From the human T2T-CHM13v2.0 reference genome, Homo sapiens, in assembly GCF_009914755.1 (NCBI RefSeq), contig NC_060936.1: DNA of 64,000 nt, one strand, 5' to 3'. Below are positions 11,977-30,614 of the stretch, piece by piece; position 1 is the stretch's first letter; each line of letters starts with the position of its first letter. Both the position numbers and the translations under genes were made by a program. The notes under the pieces are model-generated. The model did not search any database, was not told where the DNA came from, and saw nothing but the letters and a program-made list of their open reading frames with translations.

Positions 11977-13880
11977 AAATTATTATACGACAGTTTTAGG
12001 TGCTGTGCAGCTTACCACCAATCAAAGAACACAACAGCAGATTATTTACTTGCAAAAATAACCTTAGCAATGAATTCAAGATCTAGAGTTCTCTGATAAT
12101 AAGGAATAAACAAAGTTTTTGATCCTAGCCCATGTTTGTCATACTAATAATAAAATTTGAAGTGAGAAAAAAAAATTTTTTAAGTAATTTAAGTATTGTA
12201 ACTGCTATTATGAAACTCTAAGAGGAAAGAGTCCATAATTTTTAGATTAATAAATGTCATGCGCTTGCCAGTGCTTAGTAAATAATTTTTATTATTCTGA
12301 AGAACATCTAAGTGATTTTCAAATAATAAATACAGCCACGAAAACAAGGTTCTGGTTCTGGCTGAATATGCTGGTCTAGTAGCCTAGTGCAAATCACAAT
12401 GTCTTTGAGCAAGAGTTTTCTCTTATAGAAAACACATTATTTTATTACTAAATTAGAAACACATTATTAATTATTCTTAAGTATTTACCTTCTATGGAAA
12501 TTATTTATCCAATGTATTTCTGGGAAAGCATATTGTTATCCATGTCACATTTTATTATTCAATATAAAACAAATCTTTCCCCATTACTAAAGAACATATT
12601 CTTTGCTAAAGAGACACCAAGAGAGCCACGCTTTGCCTTCCAGAACAAAAGAAAGTAACTCAACATTAAAAAACTTAGGGCTGACAAGTAACACTATGGA
12701 GCAACACTGCTAAGCTGATTCAAACAAACTTTCCTGCTGCATGACTCAAAGAAGCAGTCATTTGGTCAGAGGTAAAGTAGACCTTTCCCTCCATTTCCAT
12801 TAACTACTTTTGCTGCCAATACATACTATCACCAAAAAAATTTTTATAAGAAGTCAAAAACACAAGGAACTCAGTTAAGCTTACACAAAAATACCACTTT
12901 CTTCCTCCTACATTAGAAATCAACAAAGTTCTCTAAAAGAAAGATATAAATTACAAGGTAGAGAAGGGGGTACATTTGTTCTACTAATGTAAAATATCAC
13001 ATTAGTCAATGCAGTCTATTAGTAAATAGACTATCCTGTTTCATGGTCTATGAAATTATCCTAACATGAGCAAACTGGGCTAAATATGTTAGAAACGAGA
13101 CTCACTGGGAAAGAGAATCTTCCTGTAAGAATCAAACAGAAGTCTCATTATTCTAACAATTAAATGAAGTTGTTGGAAGCTTAAAATGGTTCAGTTGATG
13201 TGATTTGTGCTAAACAAAAGCAGTTATCTGAGTCTCTCTGCGTTAGTGTGTGGCCTTTCATCTAAAGGCCTTCAAGGCCCTCCCCTACTATGTTTGGTGT
13301 TAGAAGACCCAGATTTTAAAATAGTATTAAGGTTCTGCACAGACTGAAAATCACACATCACATATATCAGGAGGAGAACAATGACCTATAAGATGACTAA
13401 GACCCTCCCAGTTCTATCAGAGACTGTGATTCTCAAAGCTACTACCTAACGTACTTTTTTGAAATAGAAAAAAGTCAAGTCACCTTTGGGGGAGGGGCGA
13501 GGTGGAGCCATTTTAACCACTTTTTGAAGTCTGCAAAATTAACATAAAACAAAGCAACCAAAACCAAAAAAAGTGAGGTGAAGGGAGCAGAATTTTCCCC
13601 TTCTCCATGGGAAAAACAAAGTCTTCCTTCCTCCCTCCATCAGAAAAACATAAAAAGAAAATCCTCAAGATGATCCCCAGCCCTGAGTTTCAATTCATGA
13701 CTTTTACTATCCACCAAGAATCTCCACTTGCTGTCTCAGACTCAGCAGCCTCAACATCAACGTTTACACAACCAAGCTCATTTTTCCCCTCAAAGCTTTT
13801 CCTCTGTCGACAGTGCCACAATTCATGTAGCCATCTAAGTATTATTATCCACTTATTCATCCCTAAAGAGGAGTTAATTT

Positions 13881-14100
13881 GGCCAAGTGTGGCAGCTCAC
13901 GCCTATAATCCCAACACTTTGGGAGGCTGAGGCATTCTAAGGGGAGAGACCCATAGTTTTGTATGCCTACAGGCCTAGCTACTTGGGAGGCTACAGCAGG
14001 AGGACTGCTTGAGCCCAGGAGTTAAGAGGTTACAATGAGCTATGATTGTGCCACTGAATTGCAGAGCCAAGACTCTTTCTCAAAATAAATACATAAAAAT
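13881..14100 (+). mobile_element. AluJ, rearranged/partial
   Basis: Left-arm start and right arm with a non-Alu middle. Confidence 0.75.
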
Positions 14101-14649
14101 AATTTTTAAAAAAGTTTGGTTGTTTTAAGTGGCTAAATTTTGAGATAGTTTATTATGCAACAATAAATAACTGGAAAAAATAGTGAACAAAATATCCAAA
14201 ATAATCCTTGCTCTCACAGTTTACATTCTAAGAGGAGGGAGATAATAAGTATAATAAATTATATAGTATGTTGGAAGATGAAAGGTGCAATGGAAAGTTA
14301 AAAAAGAATAAAGTGAGGAAAGCCAGCAGTACACAAGTTGCAGTATTAAGTAGGATGATCAAGTTGGCCCTCATTGAGGTGATGTTTGAGCAAACTTGAA
14401 GGAGACAGAGAATTAATCTTACCTCCTTGGGAAAATCAACGTGAACTAAGATACCAGTGTCACAAATTCAGTCCCTGCCAACTAAGTCCAGATTCCTTAG
14501 ATGGCATTTGAGGACCACCATGATCTAGCTGGACCTACTTTAGTTTCTGAGGCTCCTGCACTTGAGCCACGCCAAATGACGTGCAGTTCCCTTTTAAGTA
14601 CGATATCTTATGGGTCCTTGCTAGACTTCGTGTGTCTGAAACAACTTTT

Positions 14650-15432
<783 letters not shown>

Positions 15433-15489
15433 ACCCCTCCTTCCATGTCTGCCTATTAGGCTCCTACACATCTTTAAGAATTCTACTCA

Positions 15490-15801
<312 letters not shown>

Positions 15802-16462
15802 TCAGAAGAGACCTCCTGGGGAAACCTTTCTTGACCTGTCCAGAAGAGAGGAGTTTCTTCCATAACACTACAAAATCTACAAATTAGAACAGATTTTTAT
15901 GGTCCAATATTTTAAAAATTCCATAGCTTAATTTTTAAATGAACCACTATCGTACAAACACTGTACTAAACAAATATTAATTGATGTGTTAAAATAAAAT
16001 TTTTTCTCAACAGTAAGGTTCAAGATAAAGCATTTATCTTCCTTTCTTGGTTATCTTAATAATACGTGAATATGATGTCTTTTTTTTTTTTTTTACAGAG
16101 ATAGCACTGTGAAGTTCTTGGAACTTTGTTCTCATAATTGCTATGGCATATTGTTGTCTGCTTACCATATTACATTAACACTGTTAAATTATATCTTCCC
16201 CTTTATAAATTAAGCTCTTCAACACATTATTCACCCTTACATCCTCAACACCTACTTAATATTGTGCCTGGCAATAAAAATGTTCGTTGAGTAAATGGAT
16301 AGATGAATAAAAACTGTACTCTTAGGTCTGAATTATATACTCCAAAATTTTTAAGACACTTATTTAAAATATTGGTAGCTTTGAAAATGATTCATTTCAA
16401 AGCCTTGACTATATATAAACTAAAATATAATTTAAGAAATAAAAACATCCCCTCCACTGCCC

Positions 16463-17125
<663 letters not shown>

Positions 17126-17309
17126 TAAAATTTGATACCTACCTTATTTCAAACATAGGGATATTATTATTGTACTGTATATCCGTCATGGTGTCACATA
17201 ATCAAAATTTTATTAACCTTTGCTTTGAATCCTAGATTTCATGGTTATCTTCTTTCTTCAGCTTTGCATTGGTCAAACTCATTTCATTGTTTTAAGAAAC
17301 TTTTTAAAA

Positions 17310-18365
17310 AGTAAATTTAATTTTTAGAATGGTTTTAGATTTACAGAAAAATAGGGAAAATAGTAAAGTTTCCACATACCCTAAAACCAGTTTCTCCTAA
17401 TAGTAACATCTTACATTAGTACATTTATTAAAATTAACGACCAGTATTTGGTACATTATTAGCGAAAGTCTAAACTTTATCTAGATTTTCTGAGTTTTTA
17501 CCTAAGATCCTTTTTGTGTTCAAGAATCTCACCCAAAATACCACATTAGAGCAGTCAAGCCTCCCTAAGTTCCTCTTGGCTGTGACGGTTTCTCACATTT
17601 TCCTTGTTTTAGATGACCTTAATAGTTTTGAGTAGTATTGGTCAGGTATTTTGTAGAAGGTCCCTCAACTGGGATTTGTCTGATGTTTTTCTCATGATTA
17701 TACTGAGTTTATAGGTTTGGGGAAGACCACACAGGTAAAGTGCCATTTTCATCACTTAATATCAATGATTCATACTGTCAATATGACATCACAGTTGATG
17801 TTAACCTTGATCACTTGGCTAAGATAGTGTTCTTCAGGCTTCTCCACAGAAAAGTTCTTTTTTCTCTCCTTTTCTATATTGCAATCTTCAGATGGAAATC
17901 ACTCTACCCAACCCACATTTTAGAAATAGAGAGTTATACTTCACCTCTTGAGGGTAAAGTACGTATGTACCTCTATCATTTGGAATTCTTCTGTAAGGGA
18001 GATTTGTCTCTTCTCCATTTACTAATTTATCTGATCATTTATTTACATCAGTATGGACTCATGCATATTTATTTTATATTTTAAGTCATGACAGACTTTT
18101 ATTTTTCTGCTCAGTGTGTTCCAGTTTGGGCCATTTACAACTCTTTTATTTGGCTCCTATGCCCATTTGATGCACCCCCATCTATGTGTTGTGTGGCTTC
18201 TTTGTTCTGTTTTGGGTTTTTGAGCACTTCCTTAATTGCCAGCAGTATAAGGCTCATATTTCTTGCCCCATTTCTAGAAATCAGACATTTCTCCAAGGAC
18301 CCCCTGCTCCTTTAATTGGAAAATGGTATTAGAAATGAAGACCTCTGGGGTGTCATTGCTTGTAA
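17310..18365 (-). mobile_element. Old L1MC/MD-type 3' fragment
   Basis: gttttagatttacagaaaa...ggtcaggtattttgtagaa...gatgttaaccttgatcacttggctaag. Confidence 0.7.
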
Positions 18366-18380
18366 GTCCCTCAGATAACA

Positions 18381-18692
<312 letters not shown>

Positions 18693-18789
18693 TAACTTAT
18701 TTTTGCTTCTTACCTAAATATTCAGAAATAGGGGAAGGTTGGTAATACCAGTTTATAAATAAAATGTTTAAATCTTTTATAACAATAAG

Positions 18790-18935
18790 AGCAACAGGCT
18801 GTATCATATAGTCAAGGTTTGTAGTAGGCTATGCTACCTAGTTTTATATAAGCACACTCTATGATGTTTGCACAATAACAAAACCTCTTAATAGTGATTT
18901 TCTCAGAATGTATCCTCATCGTTAGGCATATGAGA
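18790..18935. mobile_element. Tigger3 (Golem) terminal fragment
   Basis: gtagtaggctat...cacactctatgatgtttgcacaa...ttctcagaatgtatcc. Confidence 0.65.
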
Positions 18936-19076
18936 ATAAACGAATAATTATGAACATGGGCTAGTTGAAAGAACACAGGAATACTACTGACTTTGTGTAA
19001 AGATTTTTACCTTGTTTGTACAAATTCTACAATAATGGTTTTGTAGGACTATGAAGGTTATTTAATAAAAATTTAA

Positions 19077-19850
<774 letters not shown>

Positions 19851-20742
19851 AATATATACACATACATTTTTTAAAATTGCGATTATAATTATACTGAAAT
19901 TATGTTTAAATTATCATTATTATTATTATTGTAACAGTATTGGATTCTTTCACAGTATGATATAGAAATAGATGAGAAATAACCAGGGAAACTACATTAT
20001 TAATTTTGTACTTCTGTAAGACCATTCCACATACTTATAGTTTTGCAGATATACTTACATGGTGGGTAAATTTTATTGCCATAAATGTTTATTAAGTTGT
20101 ACTTCTGTGAGAGACTACAGTATGTCAATTCCTTTCAGGATGAGTTCTAAACAACTTCCCATTTTGTATGAAGGAATGAACAAAAAAAGGAATGAACTTG
20201 AACTCTGTTCAATTATATACAATTAATCAGTAGAAAAACTGTTACATAGATATGCTTTTTACACTAAGATTAAACTCATCTATTCACTAGTAACACAATA
20301 TTACTGGTATAAATAGACTACTCAAAATTCTGTACTGCCAACCAACAAATATATTGAGCCTTGCTACAAGCTTAGCCAAGCATATTAGGAATATAGAAAA
20401 TTTATCAGTAATGGTTCTTCCCTCAGCATTTATAGAAGAAATTCTTGAAAAGGCAAAAATTCAACTGTTAGAGACAATTATAGCACAATGGAGAGGCTTT
20501 AGAGCATGTCTTAAAATAATTTAAATATATGCATTAAAAGCTACTCTTTCCGAAAAAAGTGATTACACTTATCTTGCACGTAGATGTATGGGTATGAAAA
20601 CTAGGTTGCCCCTTGTTTATTGGGCTGAACTTGCTCCTTTTGATAATTACTAAAGTATGTCATTTATTTATATTCATTTTCTCTAATGATGTACAGCATA
20701 TTCTCTGTGTTAGTATATCTCGCACCTAAACAAATTAAGCAT

Positions 20743-21041
20743 GGGTGGGCACGGTGGCTCGCGTCTGTTAGCTCTTTGGGAGGCTAAGGTGGGCAGATCA
20801 CTTGAGCCCACGAGTTTGAGACCAGCCTGGGCAACATGGCAAAACCTTGTCTCCACAAAAAATATAAAAATTAGACAGGTGTGGTGGTGCACACCTATAG
20901 TCCCAGACAGCTACTTGGGAGGTTGAACTGGATCACCTGAGTCTAGGGATGGTGAGGTTGCAGTGAGCTGTGATCACGCCACTCCTCTCTAGCCTGGACA
21001 ATAAGAGTGAGACCCTGTCTCAAAAAAAAAAAAAAAAAAAA
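20743..21041 (+). mobile_element. AluJ
   Basis: Dimer with poly(A). Confidence 0.88.
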
Positions 21042-21334
21042 GTTAACCCCAAGCCATGAAGAAACCTTGGCCCATTATCTATTTTTTCCATTTCTTCATC
21101 ACATTTGAGCTTTCATCATTGATGATAGCAGTCATTTTTCTGTTCTTTGGTTGCAAAACAATATACGATTTATGTGCTCCTTCAAGACTGATATAATATC
21201 TGACTGCCATTAACACCTACCTTTTCAAGAGCTGACCATCTGATCTATATATTATTTAAGTTCTTTCCTTTGTTTCTTGGGCTGCTCAACTTTAATGCAA
21301 TTTATTTTCCTGTCTGTAATTTTAAAAAATTTCA

Positions 21335-21503
<169 letters not shown>

Positions 21504-23806
21504 TTAGAGCATATAGAGAAGTAAAACAGAAATAATTAACACTGTGTGTAGATACCTTCCTCCTGAATTCCACAAATGTTAACACTTTGCTATATTCATT
21601 TCACAACTTTTTAAAACAGAAATATGAATCTTAAATTCGGCTGGGGAAAAAAAAACAGAAATAAAAACTTTAGATAAATGAAAATTCCCTCAGCTGGAGC
21701 TCAGAACATCAGCCTCCATTCTGCACATCCATATCTTTCAGGACTGTTTCCTACATGTATAAACTACCCCACTACAACCCACGGTGATTCCTTTTTTCTC
21801 TAAGCCCTACCCACTTGATTATCTAATATAGGCAAATGTTTGTTTTGTTTTGTTTTTCTGTGAGAATGTCCTCTATCCTGCGCTTAAAGCGGACTATGAG
21901 TAGTTAGCACCCTGTATCACACCCAGCTCTATGCCCTAATTCTGTATTGGCTGTTTGCTGCCTTTGTCTTGAGACTTAAGGTGAAAACCATCTTAGCTGA
22001 GGTGAAGGGCAGTGAAAAGTATAGCACAGTACTGAATGAGAAGTGCATAGAAATATGAACTGATAAAAGAAACAATCTCTCCATAACTACACAAGCTTCA
22101 GTTAAATTAACAGCTGTAGCCTTAGTTTTACTAACGATTGTATTTGGACGTTAGTCTGTAAAAGAATTCACCTCCCATAGGAACAATGTTATAAGATGAT
22201 TAAGTCTCCTCATTTCCCAGCCCTAAACTAGTAGGGGTGCTTTTAATGATCCAAGACTGGGATCTGGGAAGGTCAGGGAGGAGAAAGTGACAGAGATCAA
22301 GTTCAGAAGTCCTTGAATCCAGAGTTGATGAAGGGCTGGGAAGTGAAGCACAGGGGTTCTGGGAGTCTAAGAAGTCAAATGACACTTTGGGGATCATCAA
22401 ACACTATGAAGTTTATCCTTTACTGTGCCTTTCTGCCTCACACTAACCCTTCCTATAACTTGTTACCTGCAGCTATGTACTCTTGCCTTTGCAGGTGGAT
22501 GAGAAAGTGGGGGCTCCTTCCCTCAACTCAGCCTTGCATTGCTGGAATAAAAAGCCTGAGTTCCCAAAGGTAGATCTGCGGGCAGTCTCTGCAATGGGAG
22601 CAGTGCAAAGTGGAGAGGCAGGGAAAGAGCTTTATAAACTGAAGCTCTGGAAGTCAGAAACCTCTCACATTCAGCTTCTCTGATTACACAGCTCATCTTT
22701 CCTCCTCAACCAGACTGGATGTCCCACTATCAGAGACTATGAACACATAAAACTTGATTCAAATATTTTAGGAAATAACACTACACAAACAAATAATTCA
22801 AAAAATGTTAGACTTGAATTATCTTTAAGAGCCTGAGCAGTCCCTCTCTCTCTCTCATTGTTTACATTAGGAGAACACAGATGCTCAGCTAACATGGTTT
22901 GCCTAAGGTGAGAATTAAAGACAGAGCTGAGGCTTGAATTAAGAGTCTCCAGAAACCCAGTCTCAAAGACAGTGTCTTCCTCTATTAAATGTCCACCTCT
23001 GTACCCTTGTGCCAGGACCAGGGCTAAGCATGTAAGCATGAGGCACATACTCAATAAAAATGGGCCAACAGACTTTTCTACATGTAATCTGTGAGCTTTG
23101 AGGCACTATTCAAATATACCTTTTTTTTTTTTACTAAGATAGTTAGCAAGCAAATATCTTCAAGCAGCTTTTAATCAAGCTTTTAGTACTGTATATTACC
23201 TTCCCTTCTCAAACTAACTTAAAATCACCTTAATTCCACACTCACTGCATCATACTCAAAAGCATAGCTAATTTTCTGGGTTTTTTAAATCTTTTTTTTT
23301 TGCCTCATGCTGTGCTAATTTAACCTCATCTTGGTAAACAAGAAAATGGTCCTAGTTTGACAGACTCTAGCTGCAGCAACTGCAGCTGGCCTATATGCAA
23401 ACCAATTTTGTTCATTCTTTATCCTGGCAGGGAGCCCTGCCCTAGAATTGTTTTAGGGCTAATCAGCATTAAACCTGCGTCAGAAATGTTGCTGAAAGCA
23501 GCCCTAGAGCAAGACCACAGCAACAAAGCTCTTCAGGAAAGGGATGACAAATGCAGCAGCTATGTAAAAATCTATGGGAAGACTTTTGTTCATGAGAGTA
23601 AAAGTGGGGCCTAGCTTCTTTTCTGTGCTTTGGCACTTATCCTGTGGAAATGACTTCGAAAGGAGATACGGAAGACAAACGATGCACCAAATTTGCTCTA
23701 TTTCTTTCTTTCTGGGTGCTTGGTGATTAGCCAAAAAATGTTACTAACTTCAGATGGTAGCAAATGGTAAAGAAATTAGATTTGCATCCTTTGCTACTCT
23801 CTGAAC

Positions 23807-23854
23807 TTGAAAACACTGCATGACTTGTCTTTTTGAAAACACTGCATGACTTGT
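23807..23854. repeat. 26-bp-period tandem duplication
   Basis: ttgaaaacactgcatgacttgt at 23807 and at 23833. Confidence 0.9.
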
Positions 23855-25032
23855 GAGTTAGCATGATTTTCTATAGGATGAACCTGAGGTACAAGAAACA
23901 GATGTGCATAATGACACCTTGAGTAGATATAAACAACTCTGTCTAAAAACTTTGTTAATGGATAAATTCCTTAACAACAAATGATTAAATATTGGAGTGG
24001 TTTTCTTTCTACTCATCTGCTGGATTCAGTCTGTACCTTTCAGTGTATCACATTCATTTTACATTAGAATTTGAATGTATTAGCAATCTAATACATTGTT
24101 AGTAACTTTCACAAGTACTCACAAAAGAAGGCCATTAGGCTTCCCTAAATGCCACCAGATCTGTGGGGCTCACACAGAAGTCAAAAAAGGACAGTCCATT
24201 TTTGTCTGATCACTGTAGTTCTTGAACATATGGTTGCTTTCTGTGTCTGCTCACTTAATTCTCATTAAATGACTAGTAAATCAGTAACTGCAACAGATAA
24301 GCATGCTTCAGAATTTTTTTATAACAGCTTTATTGAGCTATATTGCACATACCCTTACACTCACCCTTTTAAAGTATACAATTCAGTGATTTTAGTATAT
24401 TTATAGAGTTGTGTGAGCATCACTACTATCTAATTTTAGAACATTTTCATCACCCCAAAAAGAAACCCTGCACCTCACCTTAGCAGAGAGACTTTTTGAT
24501 ATGGTAGCCATCCCTGTTTGCTAGGTGTGTTTGCTACCTGTTCAGGCATTTCTTGGCCTGTGTCAACTGGAACATGGCAAAAAAATTTTATAGTGTTTAG
24601 GCAATAAATGAAAACCCTCATAAAATGTGTTTCAAATAAGCTTTTTCTCTAGTCCAATCCTATCCATGTACCAGCTTGGAGACTTTCATTCTAAGAAATA
24701 ATTTATTTGCAGAAGAGTTAATAAACACTATCCAACTTACAGATATCAAAATGAATTGTGATAACATCTACAAAAATCAGTTTCCTGCAGATATTCTGCG
24801 TTGAAGTTCTTACTAATCAACTATAGGGTGCTATAGAACTTTTTAACCTTGTTTCCAAAATATGGGAAGACAATTTTGCATTATTGCAGTTTCCAGGCAC
24901 TTATAATGAATTAAAATGAAACAGCTGTTAATCATATGCAGCAAATCTCTAGCTAGTATAGAAGTTAGGCACACCTAGCATAGAAACTAGGCAGATAATG
25001 GAACTGAAATAAACTTAGTAAGCAAAGAAAGT

Positions 25033-25622
<590 letters not shown>

Positions 25623-25852
25623 TTAGATCATTAAAGTTGGTCTTTTTTTTTTTTTTAATTTCATCATAAGGGATTGCCTGGCTATAAGGATGCCAAGGGA
25701 AATAATGCTAACTGAATAAAATAGGCGTCAAAAACAATAGAAAAGGTTATATCAATGTTATATATAGTAAGTTCAGAGATAAGGCATTAGAATTCCACTG
25801 TACATTCTGTGGGGTGTGCAGATATCAGACATTCACTTTAGTACAAAAAAAC

Positions 25853-25989
25853 TTTTTTTTTTTTTAATATTTAGAGACAGCGTCTCACTATGCTGCTCTG
25901 GCTGCACTCGAACTCCCGGGTTCAAGTGATCCACCTGCCTCAGCCTCCAGAGCAGCTTGGGAATACAGGCACACACCACTGCACCTGGC
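25853..25989 (-). mobile_element. FLAM monomer
   Basis: Antisense left monomer. Confidence 0.78.
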
Positions 25990-26988
25990 TATTCTACCAA
26001 TACTTATTTTTGTAGACTGAACTGTACAGGGTTAAGTAAAATTATAATGAGAAAATTGCTGATTGTATTTCAATTAAATTTAAGAAACAGTTTCATTTTT
26101 GTTAGTCTGTCCTATACAAGATGCCTACATAAAACAGAAATGTGTGTGGGTTTTTTCAGTGGCTTTTCTACTCCTGTATATCTAGCGTCAACAAAGACCA
26201 CCACCATCCATCCAAACCATTAAACCAAGGAATGATTCTTGCTTCCTCTTGCTTCCCCTAGCCATTTAAGTAACTGCCTGTAATGCTAAGTTCCTTTCCA
26301 TCCCCATGCCTTAGTTTAGGTACACTTCATCTCTTGTCCAGACTACTTCAGTAGCCTCCTACCTGGCCTCCCTATCAACCAGACTCCATACTATTGCCAA
26401 AATCATCTTCTTAATATGCTAATCTGATCATTATAATTCCCTGCATAAAATCTTTCAGTGGCTCTTTATGACTGGATAAAAATTCCTTAGCTTGTAATAC
26501 AAATTTATATTTGGCCCTTGGCTACCCTCTTCAATTCTATTTACTACCCTTCCTCTTCTCTCTCATGTTAGCTATAGTAAATTTGCTGTCATATCCTCAC
26601 CCCTTTCTGCTTTTACAAATGTTTTCCCTCAGTTTAAGACATCCCCCACTCAATCCTTGCCCACTTAGCAAACATCTGCTCATAGTGCAGAGTTACATTC
26701 TCAGTGAAAATTTCCCCATCTCCCACTAGGGAGAGTTAGATAAACACCTCTAAACGCTGATTTACAGCATCTATCACATTGTGCAGTAAAAAAGGCTAAG
26801 CTGAGAGTCAATAACCTTTGGAAACTTCTTAGAAAAGCATGGCCATATCAGGAACTAAAATTTGCTGTACTCTGCAGTCCTAAATTCATGTACCTCCCTT
26901 TGAAAGCTGGGCTGATCCCAATTTCCTAGGTGAGGTAAATATCAAAGAGGTTCTAACTAGTTCAAAATTTTAAAACTATTAAAATTGC

Positions 26989-27275
26989 TATTATTATTTT
27001 GAGACAAGGTCTGGCTCTATTACCCTGGCTGAAGAGCAGTGGCACGATCTAGCTCACTGCAACCTCTGCCTCCTGGGCTCAAGCCATCCTCCCCAGTTCA
27101 GGCTCCCAAGTAGTTGGGACTACAGGCACACACCACCATGCCCGGCTAATTTTGTATTTTTTGTCGAGATGAGGTTTCACCACGTTACCCTGGCTGGTCT
27201 CGTTACTTGTGAGCTCAAGCGACACACCTGCCCTGGACTCACCCTGGGACTACAGGTGAGCGACTGCACACGGCC
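26989..27275 (-). mobile_element. AluJb-like
   Basis: Antisense dimer. Confidence 0.85.
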
Positions 27276-27587
27276 TTTTTTAACCTTTAACTCTCCAATA
27301 ACTTACTGCATTTGTTCAGTTCTTACCTGATCCCAGTAAAGTATCCATGACAAAAACATCTAAATACCTTTCCTTTTTTAGGCAGGAGGGAGTGGGGCTT
27401 ATATGCAGGCTTTGACTTCCAGTTTTATTGAGGGTGGCTTCATCCCTTAGAACAACTTTTGTGTTGTTTTCAGACCTAGAGTGGGGCTGTGAAACTCCCA
27501 AGTCTTGGGTTATAGGGGACCAATATGGGAGATTCCCTGAGGATGTTAGCATTCCCAGAATAGGAGGGAAGGTGAGATAAATGTGCC

Positions 27588-27900
<313 letters not shown>

Positions 27901-28895
27901 TATTCTTGCAATTCTGGAAGATTTAGGGGGCTGGCAGGAGACAAGACTGAGATTGTTTAGGCCATCCTGTTGCTGACACAATCCTGGCACTTAAGCGGGA
28001 ATGCAGTGGCCTAAGTGTAAGGCAACATATCTCTCATACCATTTCACCAAAACAAAACAAAAAACACTTCTGAGTGAATGTCTGGCCATCTTATTAGCAT
28101 CTTATTAATCTGTTTTGACATTATCCTAAAAATATGCTTTTCCTCAAAAAAAAAAAAGTCGTACAACACTGTGAATGTATTAAATGCCATTAAATTGTAC
28201 ACTTCAGAATGGTTAACTTTATGTTATATAAATTTTGCCCCAATTTTTAAAAATGAAAAAAAGAGTATATGACAAGAAAGATAACTACAGGATTACCAAA
28301 GCCATTATATTTTCCCTCATTTGTATGTACATGACACACTGGTTCTATAATGTTTCCCAAGAATAGATCTTGAATCCTAAGACTGCTGTGATGGGACTCT
28401 GAGAGAAGAGATTATAATGTCAGAATACTTAGCTCCTAGGATGTGATTAAGCTTATTTTGTTCATCACTAAAGTGGTATCATAGCATTCTTTCTACCATA
28501 TTAAAGTAAATGAATCCTAATTAACATCTGTAATAGCTCAGTGGGCCTCTTTGTCTTTTAAGTGAAAACTACTGAGCCCTTTTTTTTTTTTTTTTTTTTT
28601 TAGATCATGTCATAGAAACATTGGTGGCACAATCCAAGTGGTGACGAATCAATTAATGCATGGAATAAAAAAAGAGCTGAAAAGACAGTAGTAAACATAG
28701 GGCTAATTTATGAATTGTATTTTTAATGAAATTACCTTTTATTAGGAAACTCTAAGAGGTCTATTTCTCTCCTTTTGAATTTGGGCTTGCCTTGTGACCA
28801 GCAGAATATGGCAGAAATGTCACTGTGACAGTCCTAGGTTCAGCCCTTAAGAGAGTCCTGGCAGCTCCTGTTGTTTCTATCTTAGAATTCATTTA

Positions 28896-29355
<460 letters not shown>

Positions 29356-29489
29356 TTAACTCCTATCATCTGAGAGCCCTACTCTCTTTTACTGATTCTC
29401 TCACCATTTCTCAGGCCTTTGTCCCTGTTCTCTTGCTCCCTTCCATTCCCCTTTCTTCATCTACTAAAATGATACACCTCATGAGAACA

Positions 29490-30240
29490 TACACAAATGA
29501 CCAATAGGCACATGAAAAGATGCAACATCATTAGTCATTAGGGAAATACAAATCGAAACCACAATGAGATACCACTTCACACCCACTTGCATGACCAAAA
29601 TAGAAAAGACAGACATTAACACATGTTGGCTTAGATGTAAAGAAATTGGAACCCTCATCCATTGCTGGTGGAAATGTAAAATAATAACTGCTTTGAAAAA
29701 GTCTGCTAATTCTTCAAGTGGTTAAACATAGTATATACCCAACATTAATAAAAACATGTCTGTCCATGCAAAAATCTGAATGTTCATAGCAGCATTATTC
29801 ATAATAGCCCAAAAGTAGAAACAACCTAAATTTCCATCAACTGATGAATGAAAAACTAAAATATACTTCTATAAAATAGAATATCTGGCCATAAATAGGA
29901 ATGTAGTACTGATGAGTGCTACAATGTGGATGAATCTTGAAAATATGCAAAGTGAAAGATGTCAGACACATACTGTACAATTCTATTTATATGAAATACC
30001 AGAATAGGCAAATTTACAGACATATAAAGAATATGTGTTGCCAGGAGCTGAGTGAAGGGGAGAATGGGGAGTGAACACAGGTATGGGGTTTCTTTTGTGG
30101 CTGATGAAGATGTTCTAACATTTATTGTGGAATGGTTGCACAACTCTGTGAATATATGCATAGCAATTGAATTGTTTGCTTTAAATGGTGCATTTGATAT
30201 GTATACGTTAATAATATCTCAATAAAGCCATTTAAAAAAA
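29490..30240 (+). mobile_element. L1MB-type 3' fragment
   Basis: gcacatgaaaagatgc...aaaccacaatgagataccacttcacaccc...atatctcaataaagc. Confidence 0.8.
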
Positions 30241-30248
30241 TTCTATGA

Positions 30249-30614
<366 letters not shown>

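Noticed and set aside
23817-23850. Duplicated TGCATG (RBFOX motif)
   Set aside because: It is on the + strand, not in the DENND5B transcript, and is far from any exon.
27322-27361. Possible 33-nt in-frame exon with a strong donor CAG|gtaaga
   Set aside because: The acceptor has a purine-rich upstream region with no polypyrimidine tract, and there is no protein similarity.
28580-28601. Isolated poly(T) run as a tail-only retroinsertion
   Set aside because: No TSD is visible; treated as a mononucleotide microsatellite.
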